Positions 1 to 13,880 of a stretch of DNA of 64,000 bases are shown here, in pieces. Positions within the stretch are counted from its first letter, which is position 1. Each line of letters begins with the position of its first letter. Below the pieces are notes generated by a model. That model had not been told where the DNA came from. It saw only the letters and a program-made list of their open reading frames with translations, and did not search any database. Both the position numbers and the translations under genes were made by a program. This stretch comes from Mobula hypostoma (taxonomy: Eukaryota): assembly GCF_963921235.1 (NCBI RefSeq), contig NC_086097.1:143966001-144030000 (forward strand). The letters run 5' to 3'.

Positions 1-625
1 TCCTCCCCTGTCTCTGACACTGCCTTGCCAGCTCCTAGCACTTGGCTTTCTTACACTCAAGCACCTCCTCAATCTGGTCTTCCCAAAGTACTGGCAGTCC
101 TACCGTGACCACCTGCTTTGAGGTTTCTGATAGATTGACGATGTCAGGCCCCAGTGGTGATGATGTAATAAAGTCAGGGAACTCTAACTGCTTGCCAAGA
201 TTGACTTTCAGTTGCCAGTCAGATGTTGTGGCGAGAAAGCCTGCTGATGATCTGAGCTGAGGCTGGGGTTGACAAAGGCTATGGGCTCTCTGTGTTGGTG
301 GAGCTGCTTACAGTTGTTAATGGCCAAGGAGGCATTCTCTGCTACTACTTTCATCATCTGGTTATGAGGCCAGCGGTAGCGTTCTTCTCCCAAGGCTTTT
401 GAGGATGTGTTCCAGGGTCTGTCTGCCAGAACAGAGAGGACATGATGGCACCTCACACTTGCGCCAAGTAAAAAGGTTCGCTGGGCTAGGCAGGACATCA
501 GGGACAACAAACACAGCCTGGATCATGAACTCAATGCACTAAGGTTCTGCCTGCTAGATGTTGGACCAGATTTTTCCCTTTAGCGCACCTTTGCACCTTG
601 TGCAAGCTCCCAGCTGCCCTATTCC
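1..625 (-). mobile_element. Hero-clade non-LTR retrotransposon fragment (CCHC zinc knuckle + restriction-like endonuclease), degraded
   Basis: Minus-strand translation across frameshifts: DVLPSPANLFTW..CPLC..TLEHIL..KALGEERYRWPHNQ..DWQLKVNLGKQLEFP..PDIV..KQVV..WEDQIEE, typical of the Hero/NeSL RLE C-terminus. Confidence 0.75.
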
Positions 626-1120
626 TTTAACTAGAAGAGTAGAAAGCAGGTTCTACAAACGTGAAAGAGACACCCGGATGGTATGTTGCCTCTCAGGTCG
701 AGGGTCAGGGATGTCTCGGATGGGGTCCATGGCATTCGAGAGGGGAAGGGTGAGCAGCCAGAAGACATGGCACAGATTGGTACCAATGACTTCAGTAGGT
801 AAAGGGAGGAGGTCCTGAAGAGAGAGGGAGTTTGGCAGAAAGGTGAAGAGTAGGACCTCAGGGGTAGTGATCTCTGGATTGCTGACTGTGCCATGTGCCA
901 TTGAGGGTAAGGATATGATGAACGGGTGACTGAAGTACTGGTGTGGCAGCAGGGTTTCAATGTCGACGTCATTGGGACAGGTTACACCTGAACCCGAGGG
1001 GGACCAATATCCTTGTGGATGGGTTTCCCAGAGCTGTGGGGAAGGGCTTAAACTAATTTGGCAAGGGGTTGGGAACCTGGGTGATAGGGTTAAGGACGGG
1101 GCAGTAGCTATACTGTACAA
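626..1120 (+). mobile_element. CR1 LINE ORF1 (SGNH esterase-like) fragment
   Basis: RERDTRMVCCL..GTND..LHLNPRG-type motifs of CR1 ORF1, frameshifted. Confidence 0.65.
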
Positions 1121-1129
1121 CTAGATGCA

Positions 1130-2420
1130 GTGTGTTCAAAGTCCAAAATAAATTTATTCTCAAATTGCATATCTTTCACCATATATAACCCTGAGATTCA
1201 TTTCTTGTGGGCATACTCAGTAAATCTAAGAACCATAATAGAATCGATGAAAGACCGCACCCAGCAGGACAGACAAACAACCAATGTGCAAAAAGCAACA
1301 AACTGCACAAATACAAAAGAAAAATGACAGAAATAAATATAATAAATAAATAAATGATTAATAAATATCAAGAACATGAGACGACAAGTCCTTGAAAGTG
1401 GGTCCATAAGTTGTGGAAACAGTTCTGTGACGGGGCAAGTGAAGTGGAGTGAAGTTATCCCGAGTGGTTCAAGGGTCTGATGGTTGAGGGGTAATAACTG
1501 TTCATGAACCTGGTTGTGTGGGTCCTGAGGCTCCTGTACCTTCTTCCTGATGGCAGCAGCAAGAAGAGAGCATGACCTGGGTGATGGGGGACCTTGATGT
1601 TGCTTTCCTGCGACAGCACTCCATGTGGATGAGCTCAATGGTGGGAAAGGCTTAACCTGTGATGTTCTGGGCTGTATTCACTACTGCTTGTAGGATTTTC
1701 CATTCGATGGCATTGGTGTTTCCATACCAGGTTATGATGCAACCAGTCAGTATACTGTCTTCCATGCATCTATAGAGGTCTGTCAAAGTTTTAGATGCCA
1801 TGCCGAATCTTTGCAAATTTCTATGGAAATAGAGGTGCTTCCATAATTTCTTTGTAATTGCACTTACATACTGGGCCTAGGACAGCTCCTCTGAAATGAT
1901 AACACTGAGCAATTTAAAGTTGCTGATGTTCTCTATCTTTGACGCTGGATGAGAACTCTGGGCGCCCAGTTTCCTTCTCCTGAAGTCAATGACCTGCTTC
2001 TTGGTCTTGCTGACATTGAGGGTGAGGTTGTTATTGGCACCACTCAGCCAGGTTTTCAATCTCCCTCCTATTTGCTGATTCATCATCACCTCCTCTGATC
2101 CCACCAACGACAGTAAGCTGTCAGCAAACTTAAATAATGCATTGGAGCTGTGCTTAGCCTCGTAGTCATAAGTATAAAGTGAATAGACCAGGGGCTAAGC
2201 ACACAGCCTTGTGGTACGTCTGCGCTGATGGATATTGTCGAGGAGATGTTGTTGCCAATCCAAACTGACTGGGGTCTGCAAGTGAGGAACTCACAGGTCC
2301 AATTGTACAAGGAGGTATTGAGGCCAAGGACTTGAATCATTGATTATTTTTGAGGGGATGATAGTATTGAATGCCACGCTGTAGTCAATAAAGCACATCC
2401 CGATGTATGCACTGATGTAG
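1130..2420 (-). mobile_element. Rex1/Babar-like LINE, 3' part
   Basis: RT motifs VPQGCVLSP and NNLTLNVSKTK..IDFRR on the minus strand; (tttgaa)-type tail at ~1135. Confidence 0.75.
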
Positions 2421-2424
2421 AATT

Positions 2425-5040
2425 TGTACGAGATAATGTTTTAGAGCAGTTTGTGGTTGAGCCCACTGGGAGAGCAATAATTCTGGATTGGGTGTTAAGT
2501 AATGATCCAGATTTGATTAGGGAGCTAAATGTAAAGGAACTCTTAGAAGGCAGTGGTCATAATATGATCAAATTCACTCTGCAGTTTGAGAAGACAAAGC
2601 AAAAACTGGATTTATCAGTATGACAGTGGAGTAAAGGGAATTATAGAGGTATGAGAGAAGGGCTGGCCAAAGTTGATTGGAAGGATCACTAGCAGGGAAA
2701 ATGACAGAACAGTAATGGTTGGTGTTTCTGGAAGAAATTTGGAAGGCGCAGGATAGATCCATCCCAAAGATGAAGTATTGTTAAGGGAGGATGAGATAAC
2801 AAGGCTGACAAGGGAAGTCAAAGACAGCATAAAAGCGAAAGGGAGGGCATAAAACATAGCAAAAATTAGTGGGAAGGTACAGGAATGGGAAGCTTTAAAA
2901 ACCAAAAGCAGGCAACTAAATAAAAGCCTTAAAGGAAGAAAAAAGTTAGATATGAAGGTAAGCTAGCTAATAATAACAAAGAGGATATACCAAAGTTTTT
3001 TTCAGATAATCAGTAAAAGATAGATGAGAGTTGATATCAGACTGCTGGAAAATGATGCTGCAGAAGGCGTGATGGGGAACGAAGAAATGGCAGATGAACT
3101 GAATAAGCATTTTGCATTACTGTAGTCTTCACTGTGGAAGACACTAGCAGAATGCAGAAATGCAAGTGTCAGGGGGCAGAAGTGCACGAGTCAATTTGCT
3201 TGCGAAGCTGAGAAGTCTGAAGGAAGATCAGACTGTAAGACCATAAGATATATGAGTAGAATTATGCCATTTGACCCATCGAGTCTGCTCCGCTATTTCA
3301 TCATGGCTGATCCAATTTTCCTCTCAGCCCCAATCTCCTTCCTTCTCCCCTTATCCTTTCATACCCTGTCCAATCAAGAATCTATCAATCTCTACCTTAA
3401 ATATGCATAAAGACTTGACCTCCATAGCCACCTGTGGCAAAGAACTCTACAGAGTTACCACCATCAGGCTAAAGAAATTCCTTCTCATCTCTGTTCTAAA
3501 AGGACATCCCTCTATTCGGAGGCAGTGTCACCTGGAGAGGTGGACTACATGCCAGGGTTCTGAAAGAGGTGGCTAAAGAGATTGTGGAAGCATTACTAAT
3601 GATCTTTTAAAAATCACTAGGTCCTGGAATGGTTCAGGAAAACTGGAAAACTGCAAACGTCACACCACTGTTTCAGGAGGGAGGAAGGCACAAGAAAGAA
3701 AATTGTAGGCCAGTTAGCCTGACATCAGTGGTTGGACGGATGTTGGAGTCCATTGTTAAGGATGAAGTTTCAGAGTACTTGAAGGCACATGATAAGAAAG
3801 GGCAAAGTCAGCATGGTTTTCTAAAGGGGAAATCTTGCCTGATAAATCTGTTGGAATTCTTTAAGGAAATAACAGACAGGATAGACAAAAGAGAGTCAGT
3901 GGATGTTGTTTATTTGGATTTTCAGAAGCGTTTTGACAAGGTGCTGCACACGAGCCCATGGTATTACAGGAAAGATACTAGCATGCATAGAAAATTGGCT
4001 GACTGGCAGGAGGCAAAGAGTGGGAATAAAGGGAGCCTTTTCTCTTTGGCTGCCGGTGACTAGTGGTGTGCCACAGGGATCATTTGGGACCATTTCTTTT
4101 CACATTATTTGTCAATGATTTGGATGAAGGAATTGTGAGCAGGTAGTTTTGAGGAAGCAGGATGTCTGCTGAAGGACTTTGACAGAATGGTAAAATGGGC
4201 AAAGAAGTGGCAGATGAAATATAGTTAAGGGAAGTACATGGTCATGCACTTTGGCAGAAGGAATAAAGGCATGGACTATTTTCTAAGTAGGGAGAAAATT
4301 CAAAAGTTAGAGTTTCAAAGAGACTTGGGATTCCTCGTGCAGGATTTTCTAAAGGTTAATTTGCAAGTTGAGTCAATAGTAGGGAACACGAATGCAATGT
4401 TAGTATTCATTTCAAGAGGACTAGAATACAAAAGGATGTAATGTTGAGGATTTATAAGGCATTAGTCAAACAGCACATGGAGCATTGAGGGCAGCTATAG
4501 GCTCATTATCTAAGAAAAGATGTGCCGACATCGAAGAGGGTCCAGAAGATGTTGATGAGAATGATCCCAGGAATGAAAAGGTTAATGTTTGAGGAGAGTT
4601 TAATGGCTCTGGGCCTGTACTTGCTGGGGTTTAGAAGAATGAGGATCTCATTGAAACCTATCGAATAGTGAAAGGCGTAAATAGAGTGGATGTGGAGAAG
4701 ATGTTTCCTATAGTGTGAGAGTCTAGCACCAGAGGGCACAGGTCTCAGAATTGACAGGTCCACTTAGAACAGAGGTGAGGAGGAATTCCTTACTCCAGAT
4801 GGTGGTGAATCTGTGGAAATCTTTGCCACAGACAGATGTGCAGGCCAAGTCATTGGGAATTTTTAAGGTGGAGGTTGATAATTTCTTGATTAATCACGAC
4901 ATCAAATATTAAAGGGAGAAGACAGGAGAATGGAGTTGAGAGGGATAATAACTCAGCCATGATAGATTGGTGGAGCAAACTCAATGGGCCAAATAGCATA
5001 ATTCTGCTCCTATATCTTATAGTCTTTTGGTCTTGTGGTC
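2425..5040 (+). mobile_element. CR1 LINE ORF2 remnant, 5'-truncated, interrupted by an antisense CR1 3'-end fragment (~3230-3530)
   Basis: ANVTPLF..RPVSLTSVVG..QHGFLKGKSCL..YLDFQK..SGVPQGS; (tcttatgg)n-like tail at 5011-5040. Confidence 0.9.
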
Positions 5041-5204
5041 ACTCAAAGTCTGTTAACTGTGGGATTGAAGCTGTCCTTAAGCAACATGCACAAAATGCTG
5101 GCGAAACTCAGCAAGTCAGTCAGCATCCATGGAGAGGTGTACACAGTTGATGTTTTGGGCCAAGACCCTTTATTAGATGGTGTCCTTGAGCTGGTTGGTG
5201 ACAT

Positions 5205-5735
5205 ATCTTAATCAGGCTTTGGTACCTTCTGCCTGACAAGCGAGGGTGGAGTTTTTATGCTGGCTGCTTTACTGAGGCAGTGAGGAGTACAGACAGAGTA
5301 AACAGAAAGGGGGCTGGTTCCTGTGATGTACCGAGTTGTACCCACAACACTCTGCAGTTTCTTGCAATCACGTGTAGTGCAAGCTGTTATGCCTAACAAA
5401 ACGGTACTCTTTCTATGGTGCTTTAAAAAAAATGGCAAGAGTTAACGTGGACAGGCTGAATTTCTTTAGCCTCCTGAGTAAGTAGAGGCATAGGTGGGTT
5501 TTCCTGTCCATCACATTCAATGTCATTGGACCTGGACAACGTATTGGTGATGTTCACACCTAGGAACTTGTCCTAGAATAAGCCTCCACACTACCCCTCC
5601 TTTCTGAGGTAAATGATGAGCTCTTTCGTTTTGCTGACTTTCAGGCTAGGTTGTTGTCATGACACCATGTCACTAAGCTCTCTATCTCCTTCCTGTACTC
5701 TGACACATTGCTATTTGAGATGCAGCCCACCACAT
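5205..5735 (-). mobile_element. Rex/Babar-like LINE fragment
   Basis: CITA..RDCKKLQSVV..ITGT C-terminal motif on the minus strand. Confidence 0.55.
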
Positions 5736-6574
5736 TACTATAAATAACAGCTAATGCTGCTTACTTGCAAAGCACTGCTTTTTACTAATTCTAAATGCTC
5801 TACCAGAGTGCAATTTCATGTAGCAATTGCATTTATCCTGCAGATCACTGCACATCTTAAGCAACCTGACGCAATTGGGACCGAGTAGGTACCCGTCAGA
5901 GTTTGGCAGAAATCCTGCAAAGGAAGAAGCGAGTTAAAATGTTGGAGAAAGACATCTGATAAAATCTTACACCTTATCAACCTACAAAGCGCTGGAGAAA
6001 CTCTGCAGGTCAGGCAGCAGCTAAGGAAGGAAATACGTAGAGAGTTAGTGCTTTGGGTTGAATCTCTTCACCCAGACTGCCTGGATTGTTCTTTTCCCTC
6101 CAGAGATGCTTTTTGACTGGCTGAGATCCTCCAGTGCTTTGTATGTTGCTCCAGATCTCAGAATCGACAGTCACCTGTGCCACCTCATCTACCTATACTT
6201 CTCAGGAGACCCACTGTGATATCAGCACTTTTAGCAGGAGTGATATTTACATCTGAGACCTTTCCACAAGACAATCCCTACTCATATTTGCATTCTTCAA
6301 AAACCTCCCACACCTCCTCACACAAGGGTCTCCATTCTACTCATAGTGAGATCACTCCCACTCTTCAACAATTCCTTCTGACTTTCTCAACTGATATATG
6401 TCACATTTGGGACTTTACTGTTGACTACTGCATTGCAGAGGTCAAAAAGATCTCAATTATCATGGCAAAAAAATATTCAATTTTTCATTCAGAGTTGGCA
6501 TTCTAGGAGGGCATTCCAACTCTTACACATACCTTCCTGGCAACCTGTTAGAAGTGAGTGCATTAGAAATATCA

Positions 6575-6720
6575 CAAACATGGAAAAATCTGAAGATGCT
6601 GGAAATCCAAAATAACATTCACAATATGCTGGAGGAACTCAGCAAACCAGGTAGCATCTATGGATAAGAGTAATCAGCTGACATTTTGAACCGAGACCCT
6701 TCAGTAAAGAAGGGTCTTGA
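6575..6720 (-). repeat. Penelope-derived SINE-like repeat (degenerate hammerhead-bearing family)
   Basis: gatgctggaaatcc..gctggaggaactcagc..gagacccttca; same family as 15022, 27432, 33652, 41630, 55975 and 62265. Confidence 0.65.
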
Positions 6721-8284
6721 AAGATCAGCTGGCTGACAGGCTGGTGCAAGGGGCAGGGCTTCAGTTCTTGGATCACTGGGATCTCTTCAGGGGAACCTGT
6801 ACAAAAGTGAGGGGTTGCATCTGAACCCAAGGGGGTGGGGGTGGAAAGATTCTCGTCAGCAGATTTGTTAGAGCTGTTGGGGAGGATTTAAAGTAATTTG
6901 GCAGGCGAGTGAGAGCCGGAGAGAAGGGACTCAGGATAGGATGGATGGTAAAAAAGCAAAGATAGCATGCTGTCAAATTGTCAGGAAAGGCATGCAGATG
7001 ATAGGACAAAATTAGAGCCAGTAGGGTGAGAACCAGTGCATTAGGAATGCAGAACCAAAAAGGGTAGCAAATACAGTACTCAAAGTGTTATATCTCAATG
7101 CACAGAGTATAAGAAATAAGGTGAATGATCTGGTTGCACTATTACAGATTGTCAGGAATGATGTTGTGGCCATCATTGAATTGTGGCTGAAGGATGGTTG
7201 CATTTGGAAGCTGAATATCCAAGGTTCATGTTGTATCAGAGGATAGGAAGGCAGGCAGAGGAAGTGGTGTAGCTCTGCTGGTAAAGAATGGCATTAAATC
7301 AGTGGAAAGATGTGACATAGGATCGGAAGATGTTGAATCCTTGTGGGTTGACTTAAGAAATTACAAGGGTAAAAGGACCCTGATAGCAGATATATACAGG
7401 GCTCCCAACAGTAGCTGGGATGTGGACCACAGATTACAACAGGATATAGAAAAGGCGAGTCAAAAGGGAAATGTTATAATAGTCATGGGAGAATTTAAGA
7501 TGCAGGTCGATTAGGAAAATCAAGTTGGTAATGGAACTCAAGAGAGTGACTTTGTTGAATGTGTAAAAGATGTCCTTTTAGAACAGTTTGTCGTTGAGCC
7601 TACTGGGGGATCAGCTATACCAAATTGGGTGTTATGTAATGAACTGGAGGTGGTGATTAGGGAGCTAAAGGTAAAAGAATCCTTAGGAGTCAGTGATCAC
7701 AATATGATTGAATTCAACTTGAAACTTGATCGGGAGAAAGTAAAGTCTGATATAGCAGTCTTTCAATGGAGTAAAGGAAATTACGGTGGTATGAAAGAAG
7801 AGTTGCCCAAAGTAAAATGGAAGGAGATGCTGGCAAGGATGACAGCAGAGCAGCAATGGCATCAGTTTCTGGGAAATAAATTGAGGAAGGTGCAGGATAG
7901 ATGTATTCCAAAAACAAAGAAATACTCAAGTGGCAAAATAGTACAACTGTGGCTGACAAGGGAAGTCAAAGATATTGTAAATGCAAAAGAGAGGGCATAC
8001 AACAAAACAAAAATTAGTGAGCAGGAAGATAAAGGATTGAGAAGCTTTTAAAAACTACAGCAAGCAACTAAAAGAATCATTAGGAGGGAAAAGATGAAAC
8101 ATGAAAGCAAGCTAGCAACAATATCAAAATGGATAGTAAAAGATTTTTCAAGTATGTAAAAAATAAAAGAGAGATGAGAGTGGATATAGGACCACTAGAA
8201 AATGAGGACCAGAGAAATAATAGCAGGAGACAAGGAGTTGGCAGATGAACTAAATTAGTATTTTCTATCAGTCTTCACTGTGGG

Positions 8285-11200
8285 TGGAGTTAAGAAACTG
8301 CAAGGGTAAAAAAACATTATGGGAATCATATATATGCCTCCAAATAGTAGCCAAGGTGTGGGGTTGAGAATGAAAAGGGATCTGGATAAGGCATGTAATA
8401 AGGGTAATGCCACAATTGTAATGAATCTTCAAAATGCAAGAAGATTGGAAAAATCAGGTTGGCGTCGGATCGCAAGAGAGGGGATTTGTTGAATGCCTAC
8501 GAGATGGCTTTTTAAAGCAGCTTGTGATTGAGCCTACTCGGGGAAAGGCTATCTTAGGTTGTGTGTTGTCTTATGTTACGTACCCCGTAACTGGGTTGCC
8601 AAACCAGCAGAAATGGATCACCCAGTTGGAGTCTGGATTACTAGAAGTAAGGAAGTTTTATTAAAGAAACAAGCAACACAGTACTCTAATCAAAAGGATA
8701 ATAAATGCAACAGTTCAGCAATGATAAACACACATGTACACAGAATTAGGATAACAGGATCAATCAAGCTCTATTGTTGTCTAGGGGTAAATGACCAGTT
8801 TCAAAGTGACGCAAAGTTCAGTTCAATTTAGTTCAGTTCAGTTCACCGTAATCACTGCCGTGGGAGATGGACAGTGGGGGGAAGGAGAGAGAGAGCAAAA
8901 CGAATGAATATTCAAACGGCTTCCACACAGACCTTCGATATTCTTCGCAGTCAGCTTTCGGGCGAGCCCTTTGTGATGTCTTCTGAGGTCACCGACTGTG
9001 ACCCCCTCCGTTTCCAGATATGATTGTTTCTCTGCGGTGAACCTGGCACCCAGGCAAGGGCGGACACACACCAGGTTCCCGCCGATCGTGCCTTTCCACC
9101 TTGTGCGTCTATGGCTTGGTCACACATCCAGCCTTCCAAAACTTCCCACCGACTTGTGGGAGACGCACCACTTCCAGGGTCTCGCTACCTCGGGGTGTCA
9201 TGTGTGTCCTGCCTTAGCGAACCTGTCCCTTTTTATCCCCCTGCTGGGGTATCGCCTGTCCATCACTTCAAACAGTTCAGGGTTCAAAGGGGGAGCCGAT
9301 CTTGACAGCTCTCCTTCCCCTTCATTAACATCTCCAAATGCTGCTCCATTGTTTTCCTTATCTCTCTTTCTCCTGAAGACAGGTGGCAGACCAACTGCTG
9401 ATCCCACTGGTGCCAGCACAGGCCAGCTAACATCTTAATCTATGTGTATTCTCGTCACAGTAATAACTCAGATCTTATTATGGAGCTTAATGTAAAGGAG
9501 CCCTTAGGAGACAGTGATCATAATATGATTGAAGTCATACTGCAATTTGAGAGGGACAAGCATAAGTCACTTGTATCAGTATCGCAATGGAGTAAAGGGA
9601 TTTACAGAGGCATGAGAGGGGAGCTTAACCAGGTGGATTGGAGGAGGATGCTGGCGGGGATGACAGCAGAGCAGAGATGGCTGAAGTTTCTGGCAACAGT
9701 TCACAAGGCGCAGGATAGATATATCCCACAGAGGAAGAGGTTCTCAAATGGCAGGGGTAGGCAGCCGTAGCTGACAAAGGAAGTTAGGGGCTGCATAAAA
9801 GCCAAGAAAAGGACATGTAGGCAGCAAACGTGAATGGGAAGTTGGATGATTGTGAAGCTTTTAAAATTCAACAAAAGACAACTAAAAAAGGTATAAAAAG
9901 GGAAAAGATTAAATAGGGGGACAAACTAGCCAATAATATACAGCAGGATACGAGAAGTTTTTTTCAGTTTGTAAGGAGTAAAGGGAGGCGAGAGTTGATA
10001 TTGCACCACTGGAAAATGATGCTGGTGAGGTAGTAATGGGGGAAAAGAAATGGCAAATGAACTTAATGGGTACTTTGCATCAGTCTTCACTGTGGAAAAC
10101 ACTAGCAGTGTGCCAGGGGTCTGCAAGTATCAGGGAGCAGGAGTGAGCTATTACAAAGAGAAAAATTGCTAGGCAAACTCAAAGGTCTTAAGGTGGATAA
10201 GTCACCTGGACCAGATGGACTATATTCCAAAGGCTGAGAGAGGTTGCTGAAGAGATAACAGATGCATTGGTCATGATCTTTCTTTTTTTTTTAATTTTAT
10301 TTTTATTTGGATAAGGAGTCACTTGATTCTGGCATGGTCCCGGGGGACTGGAAGATTGCAAATGTCACTCCACACTTTAAGAAGGGAGGAAGACAAAAGA
10401 AGATAAATCATAGGTCAGTTGGCCTAACCTCAGTGGTTGGGAAAGTGTTGGAGTCTATTAAGGATGAAGTTTCAGGGTACTTGGAGACTAATGATAAAAT
10501 AAGTCAAAATCGGCATTGTTTCTGTAAAGGGAAAATTTGCCTGACAATTCTGGTAGAGTTCTTCAAGGAAGTAGTGTGGACAAAGGGGAGGCAGTGGATG
10601 TCATTTACTTGGATTTTCAGAAGGCATTAGATAAGGTGCCATACATGAGGCTGCTTAACAAGATAAAATCCAACGGCTGCCAGTGACTGGAGCTGTTCCT
10701 CGGGGTTAGTAATGGGATTGCTACTTTTCACATTGTTTGTCAATGATATGGATAGTGGAGATGATGGCTTTGTGGAAAGTTTTCAGATGATACAAAAATA
10801 TCGTCTAGTGGGTAAGTAGTGCTGAGGAAGCAATGTGATTGCAGCAGGACTTCGACAAATTTGAGGAATGGGCAAAAAAGTGGCAGATGGAATATAGTGT
10901 TGGGAAATGTATGATAATGCATTTTGGTAAAAGGTACAATAGTGCAGACCATTATCTAAACGGGCAGAAAATTCAAACATCAGAGGTACAGGGGGACTTA
11001 GGAGTCCTCATGCAAGACTCCCAGAAGGTTAATTTACAGGTTGACTCTGTGGTAAAGAAGGTAAATGCAATGTTGGCATTTATTTCAAGAGGAATAGAAT
11101 ATAAAAGCATGGAGATAATGCTGAAGCTTTATAAGACACTAGTCAGGTGGCACTTGGAGTATTGTTAACAGTTTCGGGCCCCATATCTCAGAAAGGATGT

Positions 11201-11715
11201 GTTGTCATTCGACAGACTCCAGAGGAGGTTCACAAGGATGATTCCAGTAATGAAGGGGTTAACAGCTGAGGACTATTTGGCAGCTTTGGGCTCACTGGAA
11301 TTTAGAAGAATGTGGTGGGGGGGGGGGATTTCATTGAAACCTATTGAATGTTGAAAAGACTAGATAAGGTGGATGTGGAGAGGATGTTTTCTCTGGTGGG
11401 GGTATCCAGAACTAGAGGGCAGAGCCTGAAAATTGAGAGGCAACCTTTTAGAACAGAGGTAGGGAGGAATTCTTTTAGCCAGAGAGTAGTGAATCTGTGG
11501 AATGTTCTGCCCATAGACTGTAGTGGAGGCCAAGTCAGTGGGTATATTTAAGGCGGAAGTTGGTAATTTCCTGATCGGTCAGAGCATCAAAGAATATGGC
11601 AAGAGGCAGGTGTATGGGGTTGTGGAATATAGAATCAGCCACAACAAAGGGCAGAGCAGACTCGATGGGCTGAATGGCCTGGTTCTGCTCCTATGTCTTA
11701 CAGTCTTGCGGTCTA
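8285..11715 (+). mobile_element. Second CR1 LINE nested in the first, itself carrying a solo LTR
   Basis: EN to RT motifs (SDHNMI, QDRYIP, ANVTP, KWQMEYSVGKC) and its own 3' tail at ~11691-11714. Confidence 0.85.
8574..9459 (-). mobile_element. Solo LTR (886 bp), CpG-rich
   Basis: TGTTACG...CGTCACA termini; interrupts the CR1 'VLC|NNSDLI' reading; AATAAA on the minus strand at ~8657; TSD imperfect (ctta/gtaa). Confidence 0.75.
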
Positions 11716-13659
11716 AGACACCAACAGTCTGCCAGATGTTGAAGGGTATGAGAGAAGAGAAATGAGTGCAGTTACTATTAAAAGGGAGAAGGTGCTCAAA
11801 AAGCTGAAAGACATAAGAGTACATAAGTCACCCAGACCAGATGAACTGCACACTAGGGTTCTGTAAGTGGTAGCAGTAGAGATTGTGGAAGCATTAGAAA
11901 TGAACTTTCAAAAATTATTGGACTCTGGCATGGTGCCAAAGGACTGGAAAATTGCAAATGCCACTTCAATATTTAATAAGGGAAGAAGGTAGCAGAAAGG
12001 AAATTATAGGCCAGTTAGCCTGACCTCAGTGGTTGGGAAGGTGTTGGAGTCAATTGTTAAGGATGAGGTGATGGAGTACAGGGTGACACGGGACAAGATA
12101 GGACAAAGTCAGCATGGTTTCCTTAAGGGAAAGTCTTCCCTGATGAACCTGTTGGAATTATTTGAGGAGATTGCAAGTAGGATAGATAAAGGGGATGCAG
12201 TGGATGTTGTATATTTGGACTTTCATAAGGCCTTTGACAAGGTGCCACACATGATGCTGCTTACCAAGGTAACAGCCCATGGTATTACAGGAAAGTTACT
12301 GGCATGTTTAGAGCATTGGCTGATTGATAACAGGCAGTGAGTGGGAATAAAAGGATCTTTTTTGGTTGGCTGCCAGTGACTAGTGATGTTCTGCAGGGAT
12401 CAGTGTTAGGAATGCTTCTTTTTATGCTGTATATCAATGATTTAGATGATGGAATAGATGGCTTAGTTGCCAAGTTTGCAGATGATACGAAGATTGGTTG
12501 AGGAGCAGGTACTGTTGAGGAAATAGGGAGGGTGCAGAAGGACTTAGACAGATTAGGAGAATGGGCAAGAAGTGGCAAATGAAATACAACGTTGGAAAAT
12601 GCATGGCCATGCACTTTTGTAATAAAAATAAATGTGAAGACTATTTTCTAAATGGGGAGAAAATCCAAAAATCTGCAATGAAAAGGAACTTAGGAGTCCT
12701 TAGGTAGAACATCCTAAAGGTTAACTTGCAGGTAGAGTTGGCCATGAGGAAGGCAAATAGAATGTTAGCATTCATTTCAAGAGGTCTAGAATACACGAGC
12801 AGGAATGTAATGCTGAGGCTTTATAAGTCACTGGTGAAGCCTCACCTTGCGTATTGTGAACAGTTTTGGGCTCCTCATCTAAGAAAAGATGTGCTGGCAT
12901 TGGAAAAGGTTCAGAGGAGGTTCACAAGGATGATTCTGGGAATGAAGGGGTTATCATAGGAGGAACATTTGATGGCTGTGGGTCTGTACTTGCTGGAATT
13001 TAGAGGGATGAGGGATAGTTACTAGTCCTTCATATGTTGAAAGGCCTGGACAGAAGATATGGAAAGGATGTTTCCCATGGTGTGGGAGTCTAGAACAAGA
13101 GGGCACAACCTCAGGATAGAGGGGTGTGCATTTAAAACAGAGATGAGGAGAAATTTCTTTAGTCAGAAAGTGATAAATTTGTTGAATTTGTTACCACAGG
13201 CAGCTATGGAGGCCAGGTCATTGGGTGTACTTAAGCCAGAGCGTGATAGGTTCTTGATCGGACATGGCATCAAAGGTTATGGGGAAAAGGCTGGGGAGTG
13301 GGGCTAAGGAGGGGAAAAAAGGATCAGCCATAATTGAATGGCTGAACAGACTCGATGGGCCAAATGGCCTATTTCTGCTCCTATATCTTATGGTCTTATG
13401 GTCTAACTCAGAAGTCATACTTGTTATGCAACACACGCAAAATGCTGCAGGAATTCAGCAGGCCTAGCAGCATCCACAAACTAATGGCCGACTGAGTTCC
13501 TCCAGCATTTTGGGTGAATTGCCTTTCACTGACAGTTTCTAGCAGGGAAGACTAGCATATCACTTGTCACTGAAATCAAACATTTGGGATTGTAGACAGC
13601 ATATTAACATAGATTGAGAACGAGTTAATAAAGGTAAATTGGAGAAAGGAATATATGGA

Positions 13660-13880
13660 GGGCACAATGGCACAATTAGTAAAGATGCTGCCTCACAGCA
13701 CCATTGACCTGAGTTGAATCCTAACCTTCAGTGGTGTCTATGAGGAGTCTGTATATGCTCCATGGTGAATGGGCTTCTCCTGGTTTCCTCACACATTCCA
13801 GAGATTGGGATTTGTAACTTACTTAGTCACTATAAATTGCTGCTAGTTTGTAGGTGAGTGGCAAAATCTGTGGAAGAAGG
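13660..13880 (+). repeat. tRNA-derived V-SINE (HE1-like); further copies at ~14800-15020(-), 16405-16630(-), 30230-30440(+), 51010-51205(-), 60330-60520(-)
   Basis: A/B-box-like head followed by the tgtgaggagt..ttctcc..ggtttcctc.cacattcca V-domain-like core. Confidence 0.6.

Larger units (their letters stand above)
6720..13404 (+). mobile_element. Long CR1 LINE (ORF1 end + ORF2 EN/RT), split at ~8284/11716 by a second CR1
   Basis: ORF2 start LKVLYLNAQSIRNK at ~7080; the reading SVFTV (8270-8283) resumes as DTNSLPDV at ~11718; tail cttatggtcttatggtct at 13387-13404. Confidence 0.85.

Noticed and set aside
8838..9438. Several overlapping ORFs of 60-146 aa
   Set aside because: They lie inside a GC-rich solo LTR and show no recognisable domain.
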